From assembly GCA_963786935.1 (NCBI GenBank), contig CAWBAN010000001.1, positions 736,001 through 800,000 of the forward strand: a stretch of DNA of 64,000 bases, in the 5' to 3' direction. The DNA comes from an uncultured bacterium (GTDB lineage: Bacteria > Krumholzibacteriota > Krumholzibacteriia > Krumholzibacteriales > Krumholzibacteriaceae). The stretch's first letter is position 1, and each line of letters begins with the position of its first letter. This document shows, piece by piece, positions 9,653-19,523 of this stretch. A model generated the notes under the pieces. The model was not told the origin of the DNA and did no database searches. It was given only the letters and a program-made list of their open reading frames with translations. Position numbers and translations under genes: made by a program.

Positions 9653-10015
9653 ATGCTCAGGAGTCTCGTGCTCATCATCATCACCGTTATCATCAATACG
9701 ACGGGACAATTCATGGTCAAGACGGGAGTCAACCGCGTCGGCGCCGTCAGCCTGTCCGACGTGCACGCCATTATCAGAGCCCTCTCGTCGTGGATGGTGC
9801 TGTGCGGATTCGTCATCTACTTTATCAGCGCGCTGATCTGGATCAGCATCCTGTCGAAGGCCGAGCTCAGCTGGGCGTTTCCGATGCTGAGCCTGTCCTA
9901 CGTGCTCACCGCGCTCCTGTCGCCGATCCTGCTCAACGAGGGGTTTTCGGCCCTGCGGCTCATCGGAACGCTCGTGATCTGTTTCGGCGTCTTTCTCGTG
10001 TACCGGACCTACTGA
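9653..10015 (+). CDS. Small 4-TM EamA/SMR-like flippase (ArnE/ArnF-like)
   Basis: 120 aa, four TMs, GQFMVK, ELSWAFP, GTLVICFGV. Confidence 0.75.
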   Translation: MLRSLVLIIITVIINTTGQFMVKTGVNRVGAVSLSDVHAIIRALSSWMVLCGFVIYFISALIWISILSKAELSWAFPMLSLSYVLTALLSPILLNEGFSALRLIGTLVICFGVFLVYRTY

Positions 10016-10090
10016 GACGGGGCGCGGGAGGCGGGCACCCGGGCGTTCGCGGGCGCGGCGCCCGCCGGCCGCCGGAGAGATGTGGGGAGC

Positions 10091-12763
10091 ATGAGAACCG
10101 CCGTTTTCGTTCTCGAAGCAGTTGTCGTTATCCTCTCGTTCCTCGCGGGATGCGGCGTCGTCGGCGGCCCCGAGCCCGCGCGAATCGCGCTCGCGTTCTT
10201 TTCGATCGTCGTCATTCCCGGCCATGCGTTGAGCTCGCTCGTGTTCCGGGCGGGCGCCTCGACCGTCGAGGGAGCGTGCCGGCTCTTCGCGATGGGGCTC
10301 GTGTTCGTCTCCGTCGTCCTGTGCGCCGGATTCGTTCCGGGCGTCTCGTACCCGATCATTTCCGCGGCGTCCTCGCTTCTCGTCCTCGCACTTTTGTTTT
10401 TCGCGCGGGGGGCCCGGAAGCGGCCGGGGGGTGCGGGGAGCCCCGGGCGCGCGGCGGGTCGGCCGTCCGGGCCGGCGGACGCGAGAGCGGCGATCGTCGG
10501 GGGATTCCTCTTCGCGCTGTGCGCCGCGGCGTTCGCGGGAACGGGCGAGCTCGGATGGGAAACGGATGCTCCCGACCACGTGAGCTACGTGCGGCGGAGC
10601 GTCGAGAGCGGCGTGCTGTTTCCCCGCGATTCGTTCTACCGGGAGGGGGATGGGATCGCGCCCGATCCGCGCAAGGGGCTCTGGCATCCCGTGCTCTCCC
10701 TCTGGACGTATCAGGCGCATGCGCCGGCCGACCGCGTGTGGCGGCACGCGCCCGCCTTTCTTTCGTTTTTCGCCCTCTGCTCGTTTCTCTTCTTCGCGAT
10801 CGAGCTCTGCGGAGCGAGCCGGTGCGTCGTGCTCTCCCTCGTGTGCTTTCTCCTGTTCTACGGCGGAGACGGCGTCGGATGGCTCGCGAAAGCGGGATTC
10901 AGCAGGAACGTCGCGCAGGTCGCGCTCTGGCTCGATCTGGGTTTTCTCTTCGCGTACTACCGCGCGGGACGGCGGGCGCATCTCGTCGCGGCGGCGCTCC
11001 TCGCGTGCGTCGGCACGGCCTTCCATCTCGTCTTCGCGATGCTCCTCGCCGTGTCGCTCGCGGGAATCCTGTGCTACGTCGTTTTCACGCGGAGCGGCGC
11101 TCCGTGGCGCGGGGCCTTCTGGCGGAGCGCGCCCCTGCTGCTGGCCGGCGCCTCGATTCCGCTCGCGATCAGGGCACCGGGCGCGCTCGTTCCCTCGAAC
11201 GCGATCCATACCCACCTGCAGGGAATGCTCGTGTTTTCGTCCCGTCTCGCGATCGTCGATCCGGCGGAGCTGCTGACGCGATACGGCTTGATCTTCTTCT
11301 ACGTGCTGCTCGCCGCGCCGTTTCTTCCCGCCATCGCCGATCGCGTCGAGCGGCGGGGTCTCGCGCTCGCGCTCTACTTCGTTCCCTTGATTCTCGTGCT
11401 CGATCCCCTGATCGCGGCCGCGCTGGAACGGCGCATCGGATATCTGCACTACCGGATTCTCGACGCCGCGCCGCTCGCCGTCGTCATCGCGCTCGCGGCA
11501 AGCGGCCTCGCGCGAGTCATCCGGTCGGGAGGCGCGCCGCGCGGAGCCCGTCCGCGAGCGCTCTTCTCGGCGCGAGGCTCGTCGGCGCGCGTCCTCGCCG
11601 GAGCGCTGCTGGCGCTTTTCATCGCGTATCCCGTGCGGACGGCGTCGGTCCGCGCCGTCGGAACGGCCCGTGCGCTCTTCGAGAAACGGGCGGCGCTTCC
11701 GCCGGCGTACGGTTCTCTGTTCGCCGCGCTCGATACGGAGCTTCCGGATCATTCGACCATCGCGAGCGATCCCGCGACGAGCTACCTGATCTCGGCCCTG
11801 ACGGATCATTTTGTCACGGTGGTGCTCGACCAGCATTGCTCCCCCGCCGATACCGCGGCGATCGAGCGGCTGCGCGAGGCGCGGAATCTCATGAGCCCCG
11901 CGATGCCGCTCGCGGCGAGCGCCGCGTGGCTCGAGCGGAGCGGCGCGGAGTACGTGCTCGTGAACGGGAACCTCCCGGAGCGGGCCGATTTCTTCAATTC
12001 GTTCCTGTCGCGGGAGGTGGGGAAGACGCGCGAGAAGTTCCTCGCGTGCCCATCGCGCGCGATCCGCGTGCTCGAACGGGACGGATTCACGCTGTTCGAG
12101 CTGCGCCGGGATGATGCGGATGCCCTCGGGGCCGACGGGTGCGCCGCGGCGATCGACGCGGCGCACCCGTGCGTTTCGCCGGACGATTCTTCGGGCGGCG
12201 GAGCGATCGCGGCCGGGGGGGGCGCGGATCTCGGCGAGGGTATCGCGCTCGTGAGCCTCGTGGTGGACAACGAGGTGCTGGGCGCCGGCGACACGCTGGC
12301 GGCGCATCTCTGCTGGCGCGCCGCGCGAGCGATCGAATTCGGGCTTCCGCTCGACGTGATCGTGCGCATCGATGCGCCGTTCCCCCGGGGATCGCTCTAT
12401 CGCGAGTGGTACGGCAAGCAGTACCGGCGAATGATCGAGCGGCGGGGCGGGCGATACTACCGCTTCACGGCGCGGACCCGCCTCATGAGCGGTCCCGCGT
12501 ACCCCGATATGCTCGGGGCGGGAGCCGGCGCGCGGCAGGATTTCGCGCTGCCGCTGCCTGCCTCGCTCGCGCCGGGCGCGTACGAAGTGCTCATCAAGGT
12601 GATCCGCGCGCCGTATCTCGAGAACCGTCGCGTCGCCGACTATCTCTCGAACGACGACTCCCTGCAGGGCGTTCCCGTCGGGATGATCTACCTGCGTCCG
12701 GAGCCGCCGAACGGATCGTCCGGCGCAGCGGGCGCGGGACCGGCTTTTCGCGGAGGACGGTGA
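10091..12763 (+). CDS. Large polytopic membrane protein with C-terminal extracytoplasmic domain (GT-C-like?)
   Basis: About 15 hydrophobic segments, early loop WETDAPDHVSY, soluble C-terminus; alternative GTG start at 10082. Confidence 0.55.
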   Translation: MRTAVFVLEAVVVILSFLAGCGVVGGPEPARIALAFFSIVVIPGHALSSLVFRAGASTVEGACRLFAMGLVFVSVVLCAGFVPGVSYPIISAASSLLVLALLFFARGARKRPGGAGSPGRAAGRPSGPADARAAIVGGFLFALCAAAFAGTGELGWETDAPDHVSYVRRSVESGVLFPRDSFYREGDGIAPDPRKGLWHPVLSLWTYQAHAPADRVWRHAPAFLSFFALCSFLFFAIELCGASRCVVLSLVCFLLFYGGDGVGWLAKAGFSRNVAQVALWLDLGFLFAYYRAGRRAHLVAAALLACVGTAFHLVFAMLLAVSLAGILCYVVFTRSGAPWRGAFWRSAPLLLAGASIPLAIRAPGALVPSNAIHTHLQGMLVFSSRLAIVDPAELLTRYGLIFFYVLLAAPFLPAIADRVERRGLALALYFVPLILVLDPLIAAALERRIGYLHYRILDAAPLAVVIALAASGLARVIRSGGAPRGARPRALFSARGSSARVLAGALLALFIAYPVRTASVRAVGTARALFEKRAALPPAYGSLFAALDTELPDHSTIASDPATSYLISALTDHFVTVVLDQHCSPADTAAIERLREARNLMSPAMPLAASAAWLERSGAEYVLVNGNLPERADFFNSFLSREVGKTREKFLACPSRAIRVLERDGFTLFELRRDDADALGADGCAAAIDAAHPCVSPDDSSGGGAIAAGGGADLGEGIALVSLVVDNEVLGAGDTLAAHLCWRAARAIEFGLPLDVIVRIDAPFPRGSLYREWYGKQYRRMIERRGGRYYRFTARTRLMSGPAYPDMLGAGAGARQDFALPLPASLAPGAYEVLIKVIRAPYLENRRVADYLSNDDSLQGVPVGMIYLRPEPPNGSSGAAGAGPAFRGGR

Positions 12764-13914
12764 GCGAAATGGCGGCGGGCGCGGACGCGCGGTTCAGGAT
12801 CGTCTATTTCTCCGACGCTCCCTGGTTCGGCGGCGCGGAGAAATATCTGCTCCTCCTCGCCGCGTCGCTCGACCGGGATGAGTTCCGCGCGGAGCTCGTC
12901 GTGAACCGCAATCCGCGCCTCGGCGCGTTCGCCGCCGCGATGAAGGACGCGGGGGTCGGCGTGCACGAGGTGTCCATCGACGTCCTCCGGTCGCCGGCGG
13001 GGATCCCGCATTTCGTGTCGCTGCTCCGGCGCCTCGCGCCGTCGATCCTTCACTGCAACCTACCGGGGCCGTGGGGCTCGCAGTACAGCCTCGCGGCGCC
13101 GCTCGCGCGGCTCGCCGGCGTGCGGCACGTCGTGACGACGGAGCATCTCCCCATGGTGCCCCCGTTCGCCAAGGGGAAGCTGCTCCGGGGATTCGGCGGC
13201 CGGTGGGTCGAGCGGGTCATCACGGTGAGCGAGGACAACGTGCGCCACCTCGTCGAGCGCCACGGCGTGCCGCGCGAAAAGATCCGCGTCGTGCGGATCG
13301 GCATTCCCGAGCCGCGGCGCGTCGGCCCGGCGGCGATTCGGGAGACGCTCGGTATCCGCGGCGACGACTTCCTCTGCGTGATGATCGGGAGCCTCGAAGC
13401 GCGCAAGGGGCACGCGGCCGCCTTCGAGGCGCTCGCGACGCTCCCGGGCGGCGTGAAGATGCTCGTGGCGGGGGAGGGGGAGGAGGATCGCGCGCTTCGC
13501 GGGAAGGCGGCCGCGCTCGGTCTCGAAGGGCGCGTGCATTTTCTGGGCAATCGCGCCGATATCGAGGCGATCCTTTCGGAATGCGACGCCCTCGTGCTCG
13601 CCTCGACCCTCGAGGCGACGCCGTACGTGCTCGTCGAGGCGATGGCCGCGGGCCTTCCCGTGGTCGCGAGCGGCATCTTCGGCATTCCGGAGATGGTGCG
13701 GGACGGAGAAACGGGGATCCTGATCGATCCCCGCTCGCGCGAGGATATCGCGCGGGGGATCGCGGCGCTCGCGGCGGATCGCGCCCGCGGCGCGCGCATG
13801 GGGGCGGCGGGGAGGAAGCGCTACGAAGAGATGTTCCGCATCGAGCGGTGCGTCGACGAGACGCAGGCGATCTACCGGGAGCTTCTCAGCACCGACTCGA
13901 AGAGATTGATGTAA
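12760..13914 (+). CDS. Glycosyltransferase family 4
   Basis: GGAEKY, LEARKG, EATPYVLVEAMAAGLPVVAS. Confidence 0.85.
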   Translation: MSEMAAGADARFRIVYFSDAPWFGGAEKYLLLLAASLDRDEFRAELVVNRNPRLGAFAAAMKDAGVGVHEVSIDVLRSPAGIPHFVSLLRRLAPSILHCNLPGPWGSQYSLAAPLARLAGVRHVVTTEHLPMVPPFAKGKLLRGFGGRWVERVITVSEDNVRHLVERHGVPREKIRVVRIGIPEPRRVGPAAIRETLGIRGDDFLCVMIGSLEARKGHAAAFEALATLPGGVKMLVAGEGEEDRALRGKAAALGLEGRVHFLGNRADIEAILSECDALVLASTLEATPYVLVEAMAAGLPVVASGIFGIPEMVRDGETGILIDPRSREDIARGIAALAADRARGARMGAAGRKRYEEMFRIERCVDETQAIYRELLSTDSKRLM

Positions 13915-15032
13915 TCGTCCCCTCGATCCCTGATATCGTGATTGGCTCCGACATAGGCGACCACCCGCGCCGACATGGCGGCCCGCGCCGCCGCGTCGGA
14001 CCCGAAGCGCCGCACGGCCTCGACGAACCGCTCGAACGTGCCGGTCACGATTCCGAGGCCGTTCTTCGCGACGATGTCGTCCGGATCGATTCCGATCGTG
14101 ATCACGGGCACCCCCCGAACCCACGAGTGGAGGTACGTGTTCGGAAACCCTTCGAGCGAGGGGGCGGATGTGTTGAGGAGCGCGCGGGCCCGGCGGTAAT
14201 GCGCATCCATCTCGGGCGGCGGAACGAACGGGAGGTGCTCGATGTTCGGAAGACGTTTCATGGCCTCGGCGATTCGGGCGGCGTATCGTTCGTCCCCCGC
14301 GTAGCCGCCGATGACGGTGAATCGCTCTCCGGGGAGGGCGCGGGCGCAGTCGAGCAGGAGCTCCGGGCGTTTCGACGGGTGGAGCCTCCCGACCCAGAGG
14401 TAGCCCGTTTCGGATCCGCGGGGCGCATCGGGAGCCGGCCGCGGAAGCGATCGAGCCGCGGGGGAGCCGTCCGCGGGCGGGATCGCGATCCCGTTGCGGA
14501 TGAGCGCGGTTTCCCGCCCGAAGTTCTCCCGCATGAGGCGACGCTGCTTCTCGGTCTGCGAGATGACGGCGTCCGCCGATCGGATTCCGTAGCGGTACAG
14601 CATCGTCATCGGCCACCGGAGCGCGCCGAGCCCGTCGGGATAGCAGTTGTAATCGATCCCGAGCGAGAAGGTGAACGCCGCGCCGAGCTCGGAAGCGAAG
14701 CGGGCGAGCTGCCCCGTGTAAAACGCCGTCGAGCGCTGATTGTAGATGTCCGCGCCGGAGCGCTTCATCGCACTCCGTATCTTCATCATGTCGGGGATGA
14801 ACCGCAGTTTCCGGTTTCCCCTGAACGGCGTGAACGAGCGGATGATCGTGATGCCGTCGACGCGCTCGACCTCGTCCTGTCCGAAGTCGCCGACGATGAA
14901 CGACACGTCGATGCCCTTCGACTTCATGTGGTTCGCGATCAGCAGCTGCTGCGTCTCGGCTCCGCCGGCCCATGCGGTCCGGTCCGGCCTGAAATAGGAG
15001 TAGGCGGTCGGCGAAAAGAAACAGACCTTCAT
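13872..15032 (-). CDS. Glycosyltransferase family 4
   Basis: MKVCFFS, GGAETQ, WVGRLHPSKRPE, EGFPNTYL. Confidence 0.85.
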   Translation of the reverse strand: MKVCFFSPTAYSYFRPDRTAWAGGAETQQLLIANHMKSKGIDVSFIVGDFGQDEVERVDGITIIRSFTPFRGNRKLRFIPDMMKIRSAMKRSGADIYNQRSTAFYTGQLARFASELGAAFTFSLGIDYNCYPDGLGALRWPMTMLYRYGIRSADAVISQTEKQRRLMRENFGRETALIRNGIAIPPADGSPAARSLPRPAPDAPRGSETGYLWVGRLHPSKRPELLLDCARALPGERFTVIGGYAGDERYAARIAEAMKRLPNIEHLPFVPPPEMDAHYRRARALLNTSAPSLEGFPNTYLHSWVRGVPVITIGIDPDDIVAKNGLGIVTGTFERFVEAVRRFGSDAAARAAMSARVVAYVGANHDIRDRGDDYINLFESVLRSSR

Positions 15033-15040
15033 GATCGGGA

Positions 15041-15087
15041 ATAGTACCGGATGCAACTTGCGGCGTTCAACTACATTCGGCTATACT
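15041..15087. promoter_or_regulatory. Overlapping divergent sigma70 promoters
   Basis: Plus strand TTGCGG (15058)-18-TATACT (15082); minus strand TTGAAC (15070-15065)-18-TACTAT (15046-15041). Confidence 0.45.
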
Positions 15088-15134
15088 GAGCTCGGGAATC
15101 GGTCTCGCGTCTGTTAAAGAAGGAGCGATTATCC

Positions 15135-15866
15135 ATGAAGGGTGTCATTCTCGCCGGCGGACTCGGAACCCGGCTGTATCCTCTCACGAAGGTGACGAAC
15201 AAGCATCTACTCCCCGTCTACGACAAGCCCATGATCTTCTACCCGATCCAGACGCTGATCAACGCGGGGATCCGGGACATTCTCGTCGTCACCGGCGGAA
15301 ACAACGCGGGGGAGTTCCTCAGGCTGCTCGGCAACGGCAAGGATTTCGGCCTCGCGCACCTGAACTACACCTATCAGGAGGGGGAGGGGGGAATCGCCGA
15401 GGCGCTTCGGCTCGCCGAGTACTGGGCCGCCGGAGAGGCGATCTGCGTCGTGCTCGGAGACAACATCATCGAGCGGAACATCGTCAAGGCGGTCTCGTCG
15501 TACCGGAAACAAGGGAAAGGCGCGAAGATCCTGCTCAAGGAAGTCCCCGATCCCGAGCGTTTCGGCGTGCCCGTTCTCGACGGGGACCGGGTCGTCAAGA
15601 TCGAGGAGAAGCCGAAGAAACCCGGCTCGACGTACGCGGTGACGGGAATCTACATCTTCGACGGTCGGGTTTTCGACATCATCAAGACGCTCAAGCCGTC
15701 GTCGCGCGGCGAGCTCGAGATCACCGACGTCAACAACGCCTACATCGAGCGGAACGAGCTCACCTGGGACGTTCTCGAGGGCTGGTGGACCGACGCCGGC
15801 ACCTTCGAATCGCTCCGGCGCGCCACGAGCCTCGTCGCCGAGACGGGGGCGAACAAGCTCGATTGA
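15135..15866 (+). CDS. rmlA: Glucose-1-phosphate thymidylyltransferase (short form)
   Basis: GVILAGGLGTRLYPLT..TNKHLLPVYDKPM, EEKP, PSSRGELEITD. Confidence 0.9.
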   Translation: MKGVILAGGLGTRLYPLTKVTNKHLLPVYDKPMIFYPIQTLINAGIRDILVVTGGNNAGEFLRLLGNGKDFGLAHLNYTYQEGEGGIAEALRLAEYWAAGEAICVVLGDNIIERNIVKAVSSYRKQGKGAKILLKEVPDPERFGVPVLDGDRVVKIEEKPKKPGSTYAVTGIYIFDGRVFDIIKTLKPSSRGELEITDVNNAYIERNELTWDVLEGWWTDAGTFESLRRATSLVAETGANKLD

Positions 15867-15870
15867 GGCC

Positions 15871-16725
15871 TCAGGCGAACGTCGAGGCGACGTATTCGCG
15901 CAGCGCCTCCCGCCACCCGCGCAGGGGGGGGCGTCCGAGGAGCTCGAATCCGCGGTTGCGCAGCGCTTCCATACGGGGACGGGGAGCGGGGAGGGGGAAC
16001 TCGCCGGACGAGACGCCCGTGACGGCGCAGCCGCGGATCCCCGCGGCGTCGACGATCTCGCGCGCCATCTCGAGGCGGCTCGCGCAGCCGCCGTTCGCGC
16101 AATGATACTTCCCGTACAGCCCCGATTCGATGAAGCCGAAGATTCCGCGGGCGAGGTCGGCCGTGTACGTCGGCGAGCCGAACTTGTCGTTCACCGCTTT
16201 GAGCTCCCGGGAAGCGCGGGCCCGCTCGACGATCTTGGCGACGAACTTCTTGTCGTCGCGCCCTCCGCCGAAGAGCCAGCACGTATAGAAGATGTAGAAG
16301 CGGGAGAGGATCTCGCGGATGGCGATCTCCCCTTCGTACTTGGATCGCGCATACGCGTTGGACGGGGCGATCGGATCGAACTCGACGTACGGCGTTTCCT
16401 TGGCGCCGTCGTAGACCATTCCGGTGCTGACGTACACGAGGTCCGCGTCGCAGCGGCGGCACGCGAGGGCCACGTTTCTCGCGCCGAGCGCGTTGACGCG
16501 GCGCGCTTCCTCGGGATTCGTTTCGCAGCCGTCGACATCGGTCATCGCGGCGAGGTGCAGCACGTATTTCGGCTTCGCGCCGCGGATCTCGGCGTCGATT
16601 TTCTCCGCGTCCCGGACGTCCGTTTCATGGAGATCGGTGGGGAAGATCTCGTAGCGCTCGGCGAACACGGCGGCGGCGGCCTTGCCGAGCATGCCCTTCG
16701 CGCCCGTGATGTAGATTCGGTCCAT
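15871..16725 (-). CDS. rmlD: dTDP-4-dehydrorhamnose reductase
   Basis: ITGAKGMLG, LAAMTDVDGCE, YARSK, GSPTYTADLA, PAPRP. Confidence 0.9.
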   Translation of the reverse strand: MDRIYITGAKGMLGKAAAAVFAERYEIFPTDLHETDVRDAEKIDAEIRGAKPKYVLHLAAMTDVDGCETNPEEARRVNALGARNVALACRRCDADLVYVSTGMVYDGAKETPYVEFDPIAPSNAYARSKYEGEIAIREILSRFYIFYTCWLFGGGRDDKKFVAKIVERARASRELKAVNDKFGSPTYTADLARGIFGFIESGLYGKYHCANGGCASRLEMAREIVDAAGIRGCAVTGVSSGEFPLPAPRPRMEALRNRGFELLGRPPLRGWREALREYVASTFA

Positions 16726-16745
16726 GGTGCGCGCCCCGGCGGGGC

Positions 16746-17201
16746 TCAGCGATCCTTCCGGCTCCAGTCGTACGGGATCTCCTTCGAGTGCGCGTCGATG
16801 CGGAACTCGTCGGGTTCGTCGTAGCGATAGAGCTCCGTCGGCGTGTTGATGACGATCGCTTCCTCGGTCGAAATGCATTTGAAGCCGTGGCAGACGCCGG
16901 GCGGGATATGGACGCGCACGGGATTGTGCACGCCCGCGAAGATCTCGATCAATTCCCCGTGGGTCGGGGATCCGGCGCGCCGGTCGTAGAGGACGATCTT
17001 CATCATGCCGGCGACGACCACCATGTTATCCGCCTGCTTCTGGTGGTAGTGCCATCCCTTGACCGCGCCGGGATAGGCCGTCGTCATGTACACCTGCCCG
17101 AACTTCTGAAAATCGCTCTCGTCGCTCCGCATCATCTCCATGAGGCGGCCGCGCTCGTCGGGGATCACCTTGAGCTTCACGATTGTGACGCCGTCGATCA
17201 T
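16746..17201 (-). CDS. rmlC: dTDP-4-dehydrorhamnose 3,5-epimerase family cupin
   Basis: DERGRLME, VKGWHYH, IPPGVCHGFK; SD GGAGG. Confidence 0.8.
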   Translation of the reverse strand: MIDGVTIVKLKVIPDERGRLMEMMRSDESDFQKFGQVYMTTAYPGAVKGWHYHQKQADNMVVVAGMMKIVLYDRRAGSPTHGELIEIFAGVHNPVRVHIPPGVCHGFKCISTEEAIVINTPTELYRYDEPDEFRIDAHSKEIPYDWSRKDR

Positions 17202-17277
17202 GAACAATCCCTCCGTGCCTCGAACGGTTTCGTGCGGAAAGGGCCATTCATCACTGTATCGAACGATCCCGCGTGTG

Positions 17278-18786
17278 TCAACGCCTCTCGAGGAAGCTCG
17301 TGCCGCGCGGCGCGTCCGCGGCGCGCGGGGCCCCGCCTCCCGGCGCCGCCGATCCGAGCAAATCGAGAATCGTCGCCCCGATGTTGAGCGGGGAGACGAG
17401 CTCTCGCCGCACGGTCCGGCCGCGGAGCGGACCCGCGATGAGCACGCCCGTGGCGCGATGTCCCCCCGAGATCTTCCGGTGCCGGGGATTCACCGTGACG
17501 AGGGGGCGGTAGACCGACCAGTTGGTCCCGTAGCGCGCCTCCATCTCGTAGAGAACGTCGGGATACTTGTCGATGTGGGGGCCGCCGTAGATCTCCTCGC
17601 GGCGTTTTGCCCACCTGAAGACGCGCGTGCCGCGGGGGTCCGTCGCGGAGAGGAGCAGCTCGATGACCCGGTCGCGCACCCGCTCGTATTCGAGGCCCGT
17701 TTCGGCGCACCGCTTCCTCGACACGTCGACTCCGCCGAAGGGATTGTTGCCGCCGAACGACGAAGCGGCCGCGACGTTCTCCGAGCGGTCGACGAGGAAA
17801 TCCCCCTTCTTGAGCTTGCGCGTCCAGGGGAGGACGCGGGCCACGCGATACGAGAGATCCTCGAGGTCGAGCCGGTGCAGCGTTTCGAGCACCGCGTCTT
17901 TCGCGCGGTCGAGATGGTATCGGGGGCTCAGGAGCTTCGGCCCCTTGATGCGGCTCTCGAGCAGGCCGTTCTCGAGGAGGAGCCGGTTCACGTTGAAGTG
18001 GAGCGTCGGCCGCATTCCGTGCCCGTGATCGCTCAGGATGACGATCGTCGCGTCCGGTCCGGCGCTCCGCGCGATCCTGCCCACGCAGTCATCGATGAAC
18101 CGGTGAAAATCCGCGACGGCCCCGCGGTGCGCGCTCCGGCGCGGATGCGTGGGGTCGTCGGGATCGTGGTACCGCCAGAAGAAATGGAAGATGCGGTCGA
18201 GCGTCAACAGCGTCACGAACGCCAGATCCCACTGCTCGTTCTCGAGGAGCTCGACCGTGAAATCGACGATGGCGCGCGTCTCGGCCTTGCTCTTCTCGGC
18301 AAAGGACGCGAGCTCCCCCTTGTCCGGAAAATCGACGATTCCCCCGAGCGCCGGAAGCCGGTAGCGGTCCCGCAGCATCGGGGGGCGGATGTCGGCCTCT
18401 CCCGATATGAATACGGGGCCGCTCGCCATGATGCCGTTCACGTCCCACGGCGGATAGGCGAGGAGCGGATTGACGACGATCGATCGCTTTCCCGCCGCGC
18501 TCGCGGCGTCCCAGAAGGTTTTGCCGCGGAACCGGCCCGTGTCGACGGAAAACTGCTTCACGCCCTTCTTGAAGTAATCGATGCTCTCGAGGATGCCGTG
18601 CTCGCTCGGATCGAGCCCCGTGAAGATGCTGACCCAGGAGGGAATGCTGTCCGGCGGAAAGATCGCGTCCATTCCCCCGGCGAAGCCCGCGTCCGCGATC
18701 GCGCGGATGTTCGGGAGGGAGGGGAGCAGCGGCTCGAGCACCTTCCAATCCATGCCGTCGATGCCGATGACGACGACGCGGCTCAT
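17278..18786 (-). CDS. Alkaline phosphatase superfamily / nucleotide pyrophosphatase-like protein
   Basis: VIGIDG, PPDSIPSWVSIFTG..P..HGI, DRIFHFFW, LSDHG, SGGH. Confidence 0.8.
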   Translation of the reverse strand: MSRVVVIGIDGMDWKVLEPLLPSLPNIRAIADAGFAGGMDAIFPPDSIPSWVSIFTGLDPSEHGILESIDYFKKGVKQFSVDTGRFRGKTFWDAASAAGKRSIVVNPLLAYPPWDVNGIMASGPVFISGEADIRPPMLRDRYRLPALGGIVDFPDKGELASFAEKSKAETRAIVDFTVELLENEQWDLAFVTLLTLDRIFHFFWRYHDPDDPTHPRRSAHRGAVADFHRFIDDCVGRIARSAGPDATIVILSDHGHGMRPTLHFNVNRLLLENGLLESRIKGPKLLSPRYHLDRAKDAVLETLHRLDLEDLSYRVARVLPWTRKLKKGDFLVDRSENVAAASSFGGNNPFGGVDVSRKRCAETGLEYERVRDRVIELLLSATDPRGTRVFRWAKRREEIYGGPHIDKYPDVLYEMEARYGTNWSVYRPLVTVNPRHRKISGGHRATGVLIAGPLRGRTVRRELVSPLNIGATILDLLGSAAPGGGAPRAADAPRGTSFLERR

Positions 18787-19523
18787 GGGCGATCACCTCG
18801 AGCGTCGCCGCGGGGGGCGGCGTCGCGCCGGCGTTCCCGCCACGGCTTCGAAAGCTCCCAGACGGAGCGCGCGACCGATTCGACGCTTCCCCCGCCGTCG
18901 ACGATCGGGGCGCCGAGAACGCGCGCCATCTCCGCGTAGTACTCGCGCCGGTCGGCGAGATAGGCGGCCGGCGTTCCGTCCGACTTTCTCGCGGCGCCCG
19001 TTTCGGGATCGATGTCGATGAACAGAACGAGCCCGGGCTTCGGGAACAGGCCGAGGAGCGGGTGATCCATGAGCTCGGGAAGGCGGCTCGCCGGGAGCGA
19101 GAAATTGATCGCGACGTCGACGAGGGTGTCGTAGACGTAGCGGTCGCAGAGAACCGCGCGCCCCTGCCCCCGGCGGGGGAGCAGCCGCGCGTGCACCTGC
19201 GCCGCGTATTCGCTCCAGACCATCATCTGCCAGAAATCGCGTTTCCAACCGCTCCGCATGCTCCGCCGCTTCGCATCGGTGAATCCGCGATAGTCCCCGT
19301 CCCGCACGCCGGCCCGCGCCATGAGGTACCGCTTGGCGAGCCTGATGGCGAACGCGCTCAAAAACGGCTTCCAGCGGTTCCAGACGACCGCCGCCCGGAT
19401 GCCCTCGGCGCCGAGCCGCTCGGCGAGCAGCGCGGTCTGGGTCGATTTTCCCGAGCCGTCGAGGCCGCTCAAAACGATGAGGGACGACGAGGGGGCGACC
19501 GTTTCGCGGAAAGGCCCTCTCAT
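18783..19523 (-). CDS. Thymidylate kinase-like P-loop kinase
   Basis: LSGLDGSGKSTQ, LCDRYVYD, PKPGLVLFID; ATGA overlap with upstream gene. Confidence 0.75.
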   Translation of the reverse strand: MRGPFRETVAPSSSLIVLSGLDGSGKSTQTALLAERLGAEGIRAAVVWNRWKPFLSAFAIRLAKRYLMARAGVRDGDYRGFTDAKRRSMRSGWKRDFWQMMVWSEYAAQVHARLLPRRGQGRAVLCDRYVYDTLVDVAINFSLPASRLPELMDHPLLGLFPKPGLVLFIDIDPETGAARKSDGTPAAYLADRREYYAEMARVLGAPIVDGGGSVESVARSVWELSKPWRERRRDAAPRGDARGDRP

